The position numbers were made by a program, and so were the translations under genes. A stretch of DNA of 29,405 bases, from the NCBI GenBank assembly GCA_964016885.1, contig CAXHJY010000771.1, positions 1 to 29,405 of the forward strand, written 5' to 3'. This stretch comes from Eledone cirrhosa (Eukaryota). Below are positions 11,704 to 28,091 of this stretch, piece by piece; within the stretch, counting starts at the first letter, position 1, and every line of letters starts with the position of its first letter. The notes beneath the pieces are model-generated. The model worked only from the letters and a program-made list of their open reading frames with translations. It was not told the origin of the DNA and did no database searches.

Positions 11704-14194
11704 ATGAGCCAGAGGAAAGAGACAGGAGCAATAATGAGAGACATAGAAACAACCATGAGGCTGTTGGGAAATAGAAATAGAAACAACACAACTAACAATA
11801 ACAATAGCACTAGTACACATAAAGCAGCAGCCTGGAACTCTACTTTTTATAATCTCTCCGATAAGTCGTTCGACCTGAGACGAGTCGACGCCACGACTTT
11901 AGCTTTTAACAAACGCACGCAATTACCGTCGCAGGTCGATGAAAAAACAGAAGCACAATTTAGTATAGCTAGATCTAAACTTAGAAATATTATAGAACAG
12001 TATAGCAAGAAGCATAATAGAATGGAGGCCCAGCAACTGGGAGAAAAATCTGCAAATGGCTTGCGTAAGCTCATGCAGCGCTCGCGTAATGGAGAGATAG
12101 CATGCTTTCCAACAGACAAGTCTGGCAGAATGTCGGTTGACAGCCTGCCAAACTACACCCAGGCAATGCAACTCCACATCACTAACACAAGAGAGGTAAC
12201 ACGACAAGAGCATGAGGATAGAGAAAAAGCCCTCAATTCCCATATGGTGATGTGGACAAATATAATGCAGCCCAACAAAAGGACTGCCAACAACTTCCAG
12301 GCCAGGAACAATGACGTGCCAGCGTTGTATGGGCTTCGAAAAGACCATAAAACGGGGAGTGACCCTGTCACGGGACCACCAACACGGCCAGTCTGTGGAG
12401 CTAACATTGCTAGTAACTACAGACTGTCCTACTTCCTCTCCCTGATCATACGCGCCATCATTGAAATGTCCCCAGATGTATGTGACAGCACGGAGGACCT
12501 CCTCAGCGGAATCGGCGCGAGTAACCGATCTAGGGACCTAACAAACTGCATAATAGGTAGTATGGATGTTGTGTCTCTGTATCCATCTATTGACGTGGAT
12601 TTTGCTGTGGAGAAATGCGTAGAAATGATCAGTGAGAGCAATGTTGAGTTCCGTGGGGTTGATACCAGTGAGCTGGGACTCCTACTTAAACTTACCTATA
12701 GTAATAATTACCTAGACACATACAACCTTAGAAACTGTGCCCTACAAGACCAGCAAGAGGCAGACCACCTACCATTACCTCAATAGCCAAGAAAACCCAC
12801 ACAGATAGATGGAACGGGTGGACCAGAGCCATACGGACCCCCGAAAACCACGATGAACTAAAGAAAATGATTGCACATGCGGTGGGGGCCAGCATAAAAT
12901 TAACCCTTAAGGAACATATGTTCAAATTTAATGGAAAAACATATGCCCAAGAGGAAGGAGCAGCCATTGGGGTTAACATTGCAGGCGACATAGCTAACTT
13001 ATTCATGGTATGGTGGGACAGTAGACTTAAACTTAAACTTAACCCTGATAATGTACTCCCGCTACGTTGATGATATAAACATCGTAGTTAAACACACACC
13101 CACTATAGAACAGTCAGGAATTAGAGAAAAACACAATGGAAAGCATCCAGCAAATAGCTAACTCCATCCACCAGGGTATTAGAGTTACTATAGACTACCC
13201 AAGTAAACACCCCAACTATCGATTACTTGTACTAGACACAGAGCTCTGGTTAGATACCATTAATAACAAAAAACAAATCCTCCATTCCCATTATGCCAAA
13301 CCCATGACTTCCAAATATCTGATCCACCGAAACTCAGCTGTTTCGGACCATACCAAAATCAACATACTGATTGCGGATTTGGTACGGCTGATGAGAAACG
13401 TGTCCCGCATGTGCAACCCCGAAGAACTAGAGAGACACATACAACACTTCATCCACCGTATGCAGTTCTCTGGTTACAATCAGAGAGATAAAATCAGAGT
13501 GTATAGAGGAGCCAGAACCAAATGGGAAAAAATTTTAAATAATGACACAAAGGTGACCTGCCCTTTGTATAGGAGCAAATTTTGGAATAGAATAGAAAGA
13601 ACTAGGAATAAGGCTAATAGAATAAACTCATGGTATGATAGCAATAAATACCAGAGTGTAATGTTCATCGATACAACCCCTAGAGGTGAATTAGCTTACA
13701 AATTTAGAAGGGCCCTAGATAAACATAAACTCAATATTAAGATAGTAGAAAGACCAGGTACCTCCACAAAAACACTTATTAGCAAGACATACCCTTTTCA
13801 AAGACCACCCTGTATATATAAGAAATGTATAACCTGTAAATTAAGCTCCCACATTAACTGTAAAACTAGAAATGTAGTATATAGCATAAGATGTACTGAA
13901 GGACAATGTAGAGACAAAAATATAGTGTACATAGGTGAGACAGCTCGTAGTATGGGGGAACGGATAAATGAACACTGGCGAGACATTCAAGATAGTAAAG
14001 AATCATCTGTACTCTACCAACATGCTAAAATAGAACATAAGGGTAAATTAGAGAACATAGAAATAAAAATAGAATCTACACACAGAAAAGACGCAATGTT
14101 TAGACAAATCACAGAGGCAATAAACATAAAAGAATTACAACCAAAATTAAATAGAAAACATGAGTGGAACAGCAACATCATAACTTACAATTAA
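11704..14194 (+). pseudogene. Disrupted RT-GIY-YIG ORF of PLE family 2, copy A
   Basis: Fragments 11704-12786, 12867-13070 and 13136-14194: PTDKSG, LYGLRKDHK, TRPVCG, SMDVVSLYPSI, GAAIG, LDTELW, YAKP, MQFSGY, CxxxxCxxC, VVYSIRC...YIGET. Frameshift near 12735 and deletion near 13041 relative to copy B. Confidence 0.92.
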
Positions 14195-14290
14195 GGACAA
14201 AATGAAAACACACACGCACATAGAACAAACAACAAACCGGTAACATGTAAATAAACATATAAAAAAACAAATATAAACACACACAGACAC

Positions 14291-14348
14291 CCGGATGTGG
14301 CGCATGCGCAGACTGAGCACACTACACACACACAGAAACAAGATGGCG
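14291..14348 (+). promoter_or_regulatory. Candidate pLTR Pol II promoter motifs (ETS-like CCGGATGT, NRF1-like GCGCATGCGCA, YY1-like CAAGATGGCG)
   Basis: Motif matches by eye, retained at 27286-27343; no functional evidence. Confidence 0.4.
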
Positions 14349-14395
14349 TAAGACAGAACAAAGGAGAGGCACAGAAACAAAGAAAAGAATCCCCA

Positions 14396-14438
14396 GTCAC
14401 TGAAGAGGTCACAGAATGTGTGACGAAAGAACTTTGAC
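14396..14438 (+). ncRNA. Type I hammerhead motif, family E (PLE family 2 pLTR)
   Basis: gtca-ctgaaga-g-gtcaca gaatg tgtgac-gaaa-gaac-tt-tgac; very short, non-palindromic stem III; CUU triplet. Confidence 0.7.
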
Positions 14439-14467
14439 AATATATAAACAACCATCTGGTTGTGGAA

Positions 14468-14613
14468 CCTTCCGTCTTTGTTTCCGCATTTGTCTATGTG
14501 TTTCCGGAAAGACGAGGCCCTGGTTTTAGTGTGTTCCTTGAAAGGAACACACTATAACCAGTGCCTCGTCTTTCCGGAAACACATAGACAAATGCGGAAA
14601 CAAAGACGGAAGG
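14468..14613. repeat. 146-bp near-perfect hairpin palindrome (5' inverted duplication of a third PLE fragment)
   Basis: ccttccgtctttgtttccgc...gtgttcct tga aaggaacac...gcggaaacaaagacggaagg, centre near 14540. Confidence 0.92.
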
Positions 14614-14745
14614 CCCATTGTCACAATTCTAGCGACTGAAAGAAACGTCGGCACGTTACGTATCAAGGAAGCGCTTTTTATCAAACGCCTGCAACCGCAA
14701 ATAAACAACCGATCAGAGAGAAGCGAAATGAGATGGCTGGTTTAA
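14542..14745 (+). pseudogene. C-terminal GIY-YIG fragment of a third PLE family (Penelope/Poseidon-like); not in the ORF track
   Basis: Manual translation: KEHTITSASSFRKHIDKCGNKDGRPIVTILATERNVGTLRIKEALFIKRLQPQINNRSERSEMRWLV*. KEH...H...IL...E...I...P.IN pattern of PLE endonucleases. Confidence 0.8.
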
Positions 14746-15129
14746 GTTAACAAACGATGCAGCAACACACAACACACGCACACACACAAACGAGACAACT
14801 ACACACACAGTAGCATTCCACCATACGAACATACTACACTGCCAATACAGAGGAAGAAGCCAACAACACACGCACACACACACACACACTCAAGCGAGAC
14901 AACAACACACGCACACACACACAGTAACATTTAACAAACAGGCAGAGAATGAACTGACAGCTAGCGCCATCCCACTCCCTCATTCGGCGCTGACCTCTGC
15001 CCGACCGACCCCATTTCACGCGCACGCGCGCTCTGCCGAATACCTCAGATATTCAAAACAACAAACAGCGGAGGACACGTTGCGCACCTGTCCGACAGAC
15101 AACCTTTTCACCCACCCCGATAAAAAAAA

Positions 15130-15164
15130 CCCAGTTGATGGATGTGAATCCGAAATATATAGGG
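15130..15164 (+). ncRNA. Degenerate hammerhead motif, family F (pLTR of the third PLE)
   Basis: cc-cagttga-t-ggat gtga atcc-gaaa-tata-ta-ggg; core differs from CUGAUGA at two positions, stem I very short. Confidence 0.5.
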
Positions 15165-15427
15165 ACTATTAAATCTCTCCCAAGGTAACTCTCTCTTGTG
15201 TTGTTATTTTAATTTTATCCTTTATACTCTTCCCTTCATTCTACACATCTTACACATCATATACACACCACGCATCTCAACGTACACCCACTTACATCTC
15301 TCCCTCCACCACCGGATCTTGTTACCCGGTGATTTACCCATTTGCATTGTCGAGGCTTCCAAACGACTTAAAGATATTTACTTATTATTCCATAATGCTT
15401 CAAGCAAACTTCAATACTCTCTTATCC

Positions 15428-15852
<425 letters not shown>

Positions 15853-15857
15853 GATGA

Positions 15858-15906
15858 GATTCTACAGGACTAGAACTGTTTCATTCTTTAGAAATCATCA
15901 GGAATC
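15858..15906 (-). ncRNA. Type I hammerhead, family G (left arm of palindrome)
   Basis: GAUUC-CUGAUGA-U UUCU aa AGAA U-GAAA-CAG uucuaguc CUG-UA^-GAAUC. Confidence 0.85.
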
Positions 15907-15910
15907 ATCA

Positions 15911-15963
15911 GAGAATCCTGATGATTTCTAAAGAATGAAACAGTTCTAGTCCTGTAGAATCTC
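15911..15963 (+). ncRNA. Type I hammerhead, family G (right arm of palindrome)
   Basis: gagaatc-ctgatga-tttctaaagaat-gaaa-cag ttctagtc ctg-ta-gaatctc; one mismatch in stem I. Confidence 0.82.
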
Positions 15964-16045
15964 ATCTATATTAAAACTTTTATACTCTGCAATGTATTGA
16001 GTACCTTACTTACTGTGGTTGCCTCGGATTCAACCCGGAATAACG

Positions 16046-16079
16046 TATATATATACATATATATATATATACACACATA

Positions 16080-16129
<50 letters not shown>

Positions 16130-16130
16130 C

Positions 16131-16163
<33 letters not shown>

Positions 16164-16177
16164 CATATGTATATACA

Positions 16178-16211
<34 letters not shown>

Positions 16212-16214
16212 CAC

Positions 16215-16247
<33 letters not shown>

Positions 16248-16328
16248 CATATGTATATACATATATATATATATATACATATATATATACATATATATAT
16301 ACATATATATATACATACATATATATAC

Positions 16329-16359
<31 letters not shown>

Positions 16360-16386
16360 CATATATATACATACATATATATATAC

Positions 16387-16419
<33 letters not shown>

Positions 16420-16522
16420 CATATATATACATATATATATATATATATACATATATACATGTATATATATATATATACATATATATACATATATATACAT
16501 ATATATATATATACATATATAT
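16046..16522. repeat. (TA)n microsatellite
   Basis: Direct reading. Confidence 0.97.
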
Positions 16523-16579
16523 AATATTATAATGAAATGACAGGAGGCTGGATTTGTGTAAATCCTTGAAAGGTTTATT

Positions 16580-16637
16580 ATACTATGATCATTTCAATGA
16601 CCGGGTTCCGTATGAATCCGGTGATATCATCAGGTAT
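16580..16637 (-). ncRNA. Type I hammerhead, family H (inverted arm)
   Basis: Reverse complement of 19757-19814. Confidence 0.78.
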
Positions 16638-17457
16638 TCGAAATATAATACGTGAATGTAATAGGTAAAATCCATGGGGCTGAAAATCGAGACCCGAGGG
16701 CGACCGCTATTCTGTTCCTTCAACCTCAGCCGGTCGCCCTAGAGTGACGTGGCTAAATTTTACAGTATGCTACTACCGGTCAGATGAACGAAAACAGAAA
16801 GGGATGGGAGCATAGGTTAACGTCGATCCCATGACACAAGGTAAAAGAAAGAAAGAAAGGAAGGAGAGAGAAGAAGGGGGAAGAAAGAATAAGAGAAGCC
16901 AGGGTAAATGTCAGCTAAAAGAGGAAGGCAACTACTACTGGTCAGATATAGGCAAGCAAGAGGGGGAAGGAAGATAAGTCTGCGGGAGGAAGACAGGGGG
17001 AGGGGAGAAGACAGGGGGAGGGGAGAAGAGAAGGAAGGGAAGAGAGAAGTAGAAAAGTAAGGGTTGATGGCTACAAGAAGGAAGATAGAAAGGTCGATAT
17101 TAATGTCAGACCACAGTCAAGCCAGGAGTGGCGCGAGAAAATTTTCACAGGGACCCGCATCTTACCAGAGATGAATATATTGGGAGTCAGTGTTTTACAG
17201 TGTTTAGACTTCTAGGATGAAGTTAAAAAAATTAATAATCAATATTCAATATTAAAGAGGTTAGAAAATTTAAAGTTCAACAGTTTAACATTTAATTATA
17301 TAATAGTTCCGATTTGTTCTGTAATTTAAAGGTACTATTTGGCGGTTAAAACACCGGCCGCGCCCCGGGCCCCATGGCGAATTAAGCCACGCCGAGTATT
17401 TTCATTTACTGAAAGAAGGGGAAATTTATTTTTCCAAGCACTCCAGGTGAGCTCGTA

Positions 17458-18150
17458 TTTATATCTTTACATCTTTATTTGCTGTATTGATGCCCCTCCA
17501 CGTATTCTATCTCTATACATCCATGTACTTTCTACTTCCCTTATTCGGACTTTTACTCGCGTGTACCCTTAGCACACGTCACTGGAATATTTCCCCCTGG
17601 GAACATAAATACCGCAACCTGAACTATATTGTATCTCTCATGCGTCTTGAACTCTACATTTACTAGACAACGACTATCGTTTGTTTATCTATACCTTCAC
17701 ATCTTTGTTTGCTGTATTAATGTCTTTCCACGTACTCTACCTCTATACATCCATGTACTTTTTACTCCCCTTATTCGGACTTTTACTCGCGTGCACCCTT
17801 AGCACACGACACAGGATTGCCCCCCCCCCCGGGAACATAAATACTGCAACCTGAACTATATTGTAATTCTCCTATGTCCTGATTTCTCCATCTTACCCCA
17901 ACACCACTCTTGTTGGTTTATTTATTTACATGTTTATACCTATATATTGATATGTTTATATATTTATACCTCTGCTGTACCAATGTGCTCTTCCACGTAT
18001 TCCACTTCTATGTATCCATGTATTTCTACTCCTCACATTGGGACCTGTACCCATTAGCACACGACACTAGAATGTCTCCTCCTGAGAACAAAAATTAAAC
18101 ATTACACGACTACATCCCGTACTCTACATCCCACTAGGATAAATTACAGA
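17458..18150. repeat. Three diverged tandem repeats of about 230-260 bp
   Basis: gctgta...ccacgta...atccatgta...ttagcacacg recurs at 17481, 17711 and 17974. Confidence 0.85.
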
Positions 18151-18331
18151 TCTACATAATACAATTAACGTTTCTTCATAAAAGACTATTTAATTAAACC
18201 CCGCAACCCAAAACCTCATAGAAGTTATTTGAATGTTTAATCTTCAATTTTCTGTTTGTTCAATTCTCAATCCTTTTACTCCTTAGTTTTATAATGTTAT
18301 TCTGAATTCTTTCAACTTCATCCGATAGAGT

Positions 18332-19351
18332 TAAGCAAAATTCTAAAGTTCCAACTTTCTGTCGGACCGTTGGGTGGGTTTTGGCGGCGGCGCGACCAGC
18401 TCCCTGGCGAACGGGCTCACCTGGAGTGCTTGGAAAAATAAATTTCCCCTTCTTTCGGTAAATGAAAATACTCGGCGTGGCTTAATTCGCCATGGGGCCC
18501 GGGGCGCGGCCGGTGTTTTAACCGCCAAATAGTACCTTTAAATTACAGAACAAATCGGAACTATTAGATATATCAACCTGAAACTGTTGAGCTTTAAATT
18601 TTCTAACCTCTTTAATATGGAATATTGATTATTAATTTATTAATTTTTTAACTTCATCCTATAAGTCTAAACATTGTAACACACTGACCCCCAATATATT
18701 CACCTCTGCTAAGATGCGAGTCCCTGTGAAAATTTTGTCGCGCCACTCCTGGCCCGACTGTGGTGTGACATTAATATCGACCTTCCTTCCTCTCTCTTTC
18801 TATCTTCCTTCTTGTAGCTATCAACCATTACTCTTTTACTTCTCTAAGCAAAATTTTAAAGTTCCAACTTTCTGTCGGACTGTTGGGTGGGTTTTAATGG
18901 TGGCGCGACCGGCTCCCTGGCGAACGAGCTCACCTGGAGTGCTTGGAAAAATAAATTTCCCCTTCTTTCAGTAAATGAAAATACTCGGCGTGGCTTAATT
19001 CGCCATGGGGCCCGGGGCGCGGCCGGTGTTTTAACCGCCAAATAGTACCTTTAAATTACAGAACAAATCGGAACTATTATATAATTAAATGTTAAACTGT
19101 TGAACTTTAAATTTTCTAACCTCTTTAATATTGAATATTGATTATTAATTTTTTTAACTTCATCCTAGAAGTCTAAACACTGTAAAACATTGACTCCCAA
19201 TATATTCATCTCTGCTAAGATGCGGGTCCCTGTGAAAATTTTCTCGCGCCACTCCTGGCTTGACTGTGGTCTGACATTAATATCGACCTTTCTTCCTCTT
19301 TCTTTCTATCTTCCTTCTTGTAGCCATCAACCCTTACTTTTCTACTTCTCT
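18332..19351. repeat. Diverged 513-bp direct tandem duplication
   Basis: taagcaaaatt.taaagttccaactttctgtcggac at 18332 and 18845. Confidence 0.9.
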
Positions 19352-19756
19352 CTTCCCTTCCTTCTCTTCTCCCCTCCCCCTGTCTTCTCCCCTCCCCCTG
19401 TCTTCCTCCCGCAGACTTATCTTCCTTCCCCCTCTTGCTTGCCTATATCTGACCAGTAGTAGTTGCCTTCCTCTTTTAGCTGACATTAACCCTGGCTTCT
19501 CTTATTCTTTCTTCCCCCTTCTTCTCTCTCCTTCCTTTCTTTCTTTCTTTTACCTTGTGTCATGGGATCGACGTTAACCTATGCTCCCATCTCTTTCTGT
19601 TTTCGTTCATCTGACCGGTAGTAGCATACTGTAAAATTTAGCCACGTCACTCCAGGGCGACCGGCTGAGGTTGAAGGAACAGAATAGCGGTCGCCCTCGG
19701 GTCTCGATTTTCAGCCCCATGGATTTTACCTATTACATTCACGTATTATATCTCGA

Positions 19757-19814
19757 ATACCTGATGATATCACCGGATTCATACGGAACCCGGTCATTGA
19801 AATGATCATAGTAT
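19757..19814 (+). ncRNA. Type I hammerhead, family H
   Basis: atac-ctgatga-t at c accgg...ccggt c at t-gaaa-tgatca-ta^-gtat; palindromic AUGAUCAU stem III, long stem II. Confidence 0.78.
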
Positions 19815-20012
19815 AATAAACCTTTCAAGGATTTACACAAATCCAGCCTCCTGTCATTTCATTATAATATTTAACTCCGTAATAGCACCACCAACTACAA
19901 AAACAAAGACGGTTGAACTGCTTTACGTTGAGTACTCTCTATATTATTGCATTACGATTGACCATACGGAATAGACCAGCTCTATACAGTGGTGAACCTC
20001 AAACCTGAATAA

Positions 20013-20278
20013 ATATACATATATATACATATATATATATACATATATAAATATATATACATATATATATACATATATGTATATATATATATATACATAT
20101 ATATATACATATATATATATACATATGTATATATATATACATATATATATATACATATATATATATACATATATATATATACATATATATATATACATAT
20201 ATATACATACATATATATACATATATAGCCATATACATATATATACACATATATATATATACATATATATATATAAAC

Positions 20279-20345
<67 letters not shown>

Positions 20346-20430
20346 CATAAATATATATACATATATATATATACATGTATATACATATATATATACATAT
20401 ATATATATATACATATGCATATATATATAC

Positions 20431-20463
<33 letters not shown>

Positions 20464-20480
20464 CATATACATATACATAT
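20013..20480. repeat. (TA)n microsatellite
   Basis: Direct reading. Confidence 0.97.
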
Positions 20481-20981
20481 GGTCAAATGTACTGAACAAT
20501 AGCAGGCAAAAACACTACAGGGAGCCTCACCCCTGAAAGAATTCTATAGACTTCTGACTGAGGAATGCTCTCAGAACTGACCAATGGGAAGTTTGACACT
20601 TTTTTGTTATTTTGTTCCTTTAACACCTTGTCCCTTCTACCATTTTATCAATTTTTAAGCTAACTCCAACAATAACAACACTTAGAATGAGGAATGTTCT
20701 AATAACTGACCAATGAGAGGAGAAGGGGACCCTTGACACTGAAATTCGTTTGTTTGAATTAATATGACTCCAGTTCCTCAGTGAATTAACAACCCAACAA
20801 GGAACTGGGCATATCAGAGTATTGACAATATTATACACCTAAACAACATATGTACTTGTCTATACCATACTAATTCAAACTGCCTGAAGAGGTCACAGCC
20901 AAAGATGGCTGTCACTGAAATATATATAGCAGTAATAAACGAAGCTAAATTTTAATCATTTAACTTTTATTTAACTTTATT
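20481..20981 (+). mobile_element. About 500-bp solo pLTR-like insert with HHR
   Basis: Non-coding island between TA tracts; two CCAAT boxes (about 20581 and 20710) upstream of an HHR near its 3' end. Confidence 0.6.
20879..20933 (+). ncRNA. Type I hammerhead, family I
   Basis: actgc-ctgaaga-ggt c acagcca aaga tggctgt c act-gaaa-tatata-ta^-gcagt; palindromic AUAUAUAU stem III. Confidence 0.85.
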
Positions 20982-24049
<3,068 letters not shown>

Positions 24050-24089
24050 TCATTAACAAATGTGTTCAACAACAACAACAACACAAATA

Positions 24090-27000
24090 TATACGGCAAC
24101 ACAAGAATAGATGACGATGAGATATCTGTGTTATGTTTACACCCGAAATTTGCGACATTCAAGAAGGTAAATATGATTAGTTGTCTGTCAGAAATAGAAA
24201 AATAATTTACAAAACTACGCTGGAGCCTCAAAAACAAAAACAAAAGCAACAATATACGCACACCAATATACAAGACACATCCCAACAACAACAGACACAC
24301 AGACACAAACAACAATAACAACGACACACACACCAACAACAACGACAATAACAATATACCCACCCAGAAACAACAACAACAGACACGCTGACACAAACAA
24401 CAATAACAACACACACAACAATAATAACACACACGGAGACAACAACACACATCAACAACAGCACACATCAACAACAACACACACGCATTCAATGCCTCTC
24501 ACCACCACCACAATCTTTACAAACACACAGACACAGAAAACAAGTAATGACAGTAGCACAGAAATCACAGAAATAAGGGAAAGTAATAGGATTAAAAGGA
24601 GAAGGGAGACTAAGGACAAAGAAAATAACCAAGACGAACACACAGGACACACAAAATAGGGTAGATAACAACAATGAGCCAGTGGAAAGAGATAGGAGTA
24701 ATTATGAGAGACATAGAAACAACCACGAGGCTGTTGGTGGAAATAGAAATAGAAACAACACAACTAACAATAACAATAGCACTAGTACACATAAAGCAGC
24801 AGCCTGGAACTCTACTTTCTATAATCCCTCGGATAAATCGTTCGAGTTGCGACGGGTCCACGCCACGACTTTACCATTTAACAAACGCATGCAATTGCCG
24901 TCGCAGGTCGATGAACAAACAGAAGCACAATTTAGTATAGCTAGATCCGAACTTAGAAATATTATAGAACAGTATAGCAAGAAGCATAATAGAATGGAGG
25001 CCCAGCAACTGGGAGAAAAATCTGCAAATGGCTTGCGTAAGCTCATGCATCGCTCGTGTAATGGAGAGATAGCATGCTTTCCAACAGACAAGTCTGGCAG
25101 AATATCGAATGACAGCCTGCCAAACTACATCCAGGCAATGCAACCCCACATCACTAACACAAGAGAGGTAACACCACAGGAGCATGAGGATAGAGAAAAA
25201 GCCCTCAATGCCCATATGGTGATGTGGACGAATATAATGCAGCCCAACAAAAGGACTGCCAACAACTTCCAGGCCTGGAACAATGACGTGCCGGCGTTGT
25301 ATGGGCTTCGAAAAGACCATAAAACGGGCAGTGACCCTGTCACGGGACCACCAACACGGCCAGTCTGTGGAGCTAACATTGCTAGTAACTACAGACTGTC
25401 CTACTTCCTCTCCCTGATCATACGCCTCATCATTGAAATGTCCCCAGATGTATGTGACAGCACGGAGGACCTCCTCAGCAGAATCGGCATGAGTAACCGA
25501 TCTAGGGACCTAACAAACTGCATAATAGGTAGTATGGAGGTTGTGTCCCTGTATCCATCTATTGACGTGGATTTTGCTGTGGAGAAATGCGTAGAAATGA
25601 TCAGCGAGAGCAAGGTTGAGTTCCAAGGGATTGATACCAGTGAGCCTGGACTCCTACTTAAACTTACCCATAGTAATAATTACCTAGACACATATGACCT
25701 TAGCAACCTGTGCCCTACAAGACCAGCAAGAGGCAGACCACCTACCATTACCTCAATGGCCAAGAAAACCCACACAGATAGATGGAACGGGTGGACCAGA
25801 GCCATACGGACACCCGAAAACCACGATGAACTGAAGAAAATGATTGCACATGCGGTAGGGGCCAGCATAAAACTAACCCTTAAGGAACATATGTTCAAAT
25901 TTAATGGAAAAACATATGCCCAAGAGGAAGGAGCAGCCATTGGTGTTAGCATTGCAGGCGACATAGCTAACTTATTCATGGTATGGTGGGACAGTAGACT
26001 TAAACTTAAACTTAAAGAACAATTAGAAGCCCCTTAACCCTGAAAATGTACTCCCGCTACGTTGATGATATAAACATCGTAGTTAAGACACCCCCTCTAG
26101 AGAACAGTCAGGAACTAGAGAAAAACACAATGGAAAGCATCCAGCAAATAGCAAACTCCATCCACCAGAGCATTAGAGTTACTATAGACTACCCAAGTAA
26201 ACACCCCAACCATCAATTACCTGTACTAGACACAGAACTCTGGTTAGATACCATCAACAACAAAAAACAAATTCCGCCATTCCCATTATGCCAAACCCAT
26301 GACTTCCAAACATCTGATCCACCGAAACTCGGCCGTTTCGGACCATACCAAAATCAACATACTGATTGCGGATTTGGTACGGGTGATGAGAAACGTGTCC
26401 CGCATGTGCAACCCCGAAGAACTAGAGAGACACATACAACACTTCATTCTCCGTATGCAGTTCTCTGGCTACAATCAGAGAGATAAAATCAGAGTGTATA
26501 GAGGAGCCAGAACCAAATGGGAAAAAATGGTAAATAATGACATAAATGGGACCTGCCCCTTGTATAGGAGCAAATTTTGGAATAGAATAGAAAGAACTAG
26601 GAACAAGGCTAATAGAATAAACTCATGGTATGATAGCAATAAATACCAGAGTGTAATGTTCATCGATACAACCCCTAGAGGGGAATTAGCTTACGAATTT
26701 AGAAGGGCCCTAAACAAACATAAACTCAATATTAAGATAGTAGAAAGACCAGGTACCTCCATAAAAACACTTATTAGCAAGACATACCCTTTTCAAAGAC
26801 CCTCATGTATAGATAAGAAATGTATAACCTGTAAAATAAGCCCCCATATTAACTGCAAAACTAGAAATGTAGTGTATAGCATAAGATGTACTGAAGGACA
26901 ATGTAGAGACAAAAATATAGTGTACATAGGTGAGACAGCTCGTAGCGTAGGAGAACGGATAAATGAACACTGGCGAGACCTTCAAGATAGTAAAGAATCA

Positions 27001-27189
27001 TCTGTACTCTACCAACATGCTAAAATAGAACACAAGGGTAAATTAGAGAACATAGAAATAAAAATAGAATCTACACACAGAAAAGACGCAATGTTTAGAC
27101 AAATTACAGAGGCAATAAACATAAAAGAATTACAACCAAAATTAAATAGAAAATATGAGTGGAACAGCAACATCACAACTTACAATTAA
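24090..27189 (+). pseudogene. Disrupted RT-GIY-YIG ORF of PLE family 2, copy B
   Basis: Fragments 24090-24205, 24682-26037, 26046-about 26275 (YSRYVDD, LPVLD) and 26299-27189 (YIGET). Stop at 24203-24205, frameshifts near 26035 and 26275; catalytic SMD is SME here. Confidence 0.92.
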
Positions 27190-27390
27190 GGCGAAAATGA
27201 AAACACACACACACATAGAACAAACAACCAAATGTTAACATGTAAATAAACAAATAAATAAGTGAACATAAACACACACAGACACCCGGATGTGGCGCAT
27301 GCGCAGACTGAGCACACAGCACACACACAGAAACAAAATGGCGTAGGACAGAACAAAGGAGAGGCACAGAAACAAAGAAAGGAATCCCCA

Positions 27391-27433
27391 GTCACTGAAG
27401 AGGTCACATAGTGTGTGACGAAGGAACTATGAC
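27391..27433 (+). ncRNA. Hammerhead family E, copy B (GAAA to GAAG; CUA triplet)
   Basis: gtca-ctgaaga-ggtcaca tagtg tgtgac-gaag-gaac-ta-tgac. Confidence 0.62.
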
Positions 27434-27586
27434 AATATATAAACAACTATCTGGTTGTGGAACCAACCAACCAACCAGAAATTTATAAATTTATAAGTTT
27501 ATTGGCAACATGACCCTCCCTAAGTATAACAATATCGGTTTCAACACACGATTTCAGATAAAGAATCTTGCTAAACAAATTCAGAA

Positions 27587-27682
<96 letters not shown>

Positions 27683-27776
27683 GTATATATATATATATAC
27701 ATATATATATATACATATATATATATATACATATATATATATACATATATATATACATACATATATATATATATAC

Positions 27777-27809
<33 letters not shown>

Positions 27810-27880
27810 CACATATATATATATATAAGTATGTATGTATACGTACATACATATATGTATACAGACGTATAGTAGCATGC

Positions 27881-27925
<45 letters not shown>

Positions 27926-28091
27926 TACACATATACATACAGGTACACATACATATATGCCATACATATATGCCATACATATATGCCTGACCGACTTGAC
28001 TCACTCGATATGCAAATTAGGCTGCTCAGCCGTTAATTTTCATAAGGAAAGTATATACTTTCGAACGTTCAACTATCTGGCAGAAGGGTAT

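Larger units (their letters stand above)
16523..20012 (+). mobile_element. Non-coding PLE-like element with a long (about 935 bp) inverted terminal duplication (16523-17456 vs 18924-19871) and internal tandem repeats
   Basis: Arms are near-perfect reverse complements; HHR in each arm; TA-flanked; no convincing ORF. Confidence 0.8.
24052..27587 (+). mobile_element. Penelope-like element family 2, copy B (longer 5' region, decayed)
   Basis: Collinear with copy A. Extra N-terminal block LCLHPKFA...EIEK*FTKLRW, followed by an AC-rich low-complexity linker. 3' pLTR ends in (TA)n. Confidence 0.92.

Noticed and set aside
17339-19459. MAVKTPAAPRAPW and related short ORFs
   Set aside because: Short, mostly non-ATG, with variable ends between repeat copies; no homology recognised.
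16523-19871. DNA transposon or foldback element with TIRs
   Set aside because: No transposase, non-repetitive sequence continues about 140 bp beyond the right arm, and the arms carry HHRs as in inverted pLTRs.
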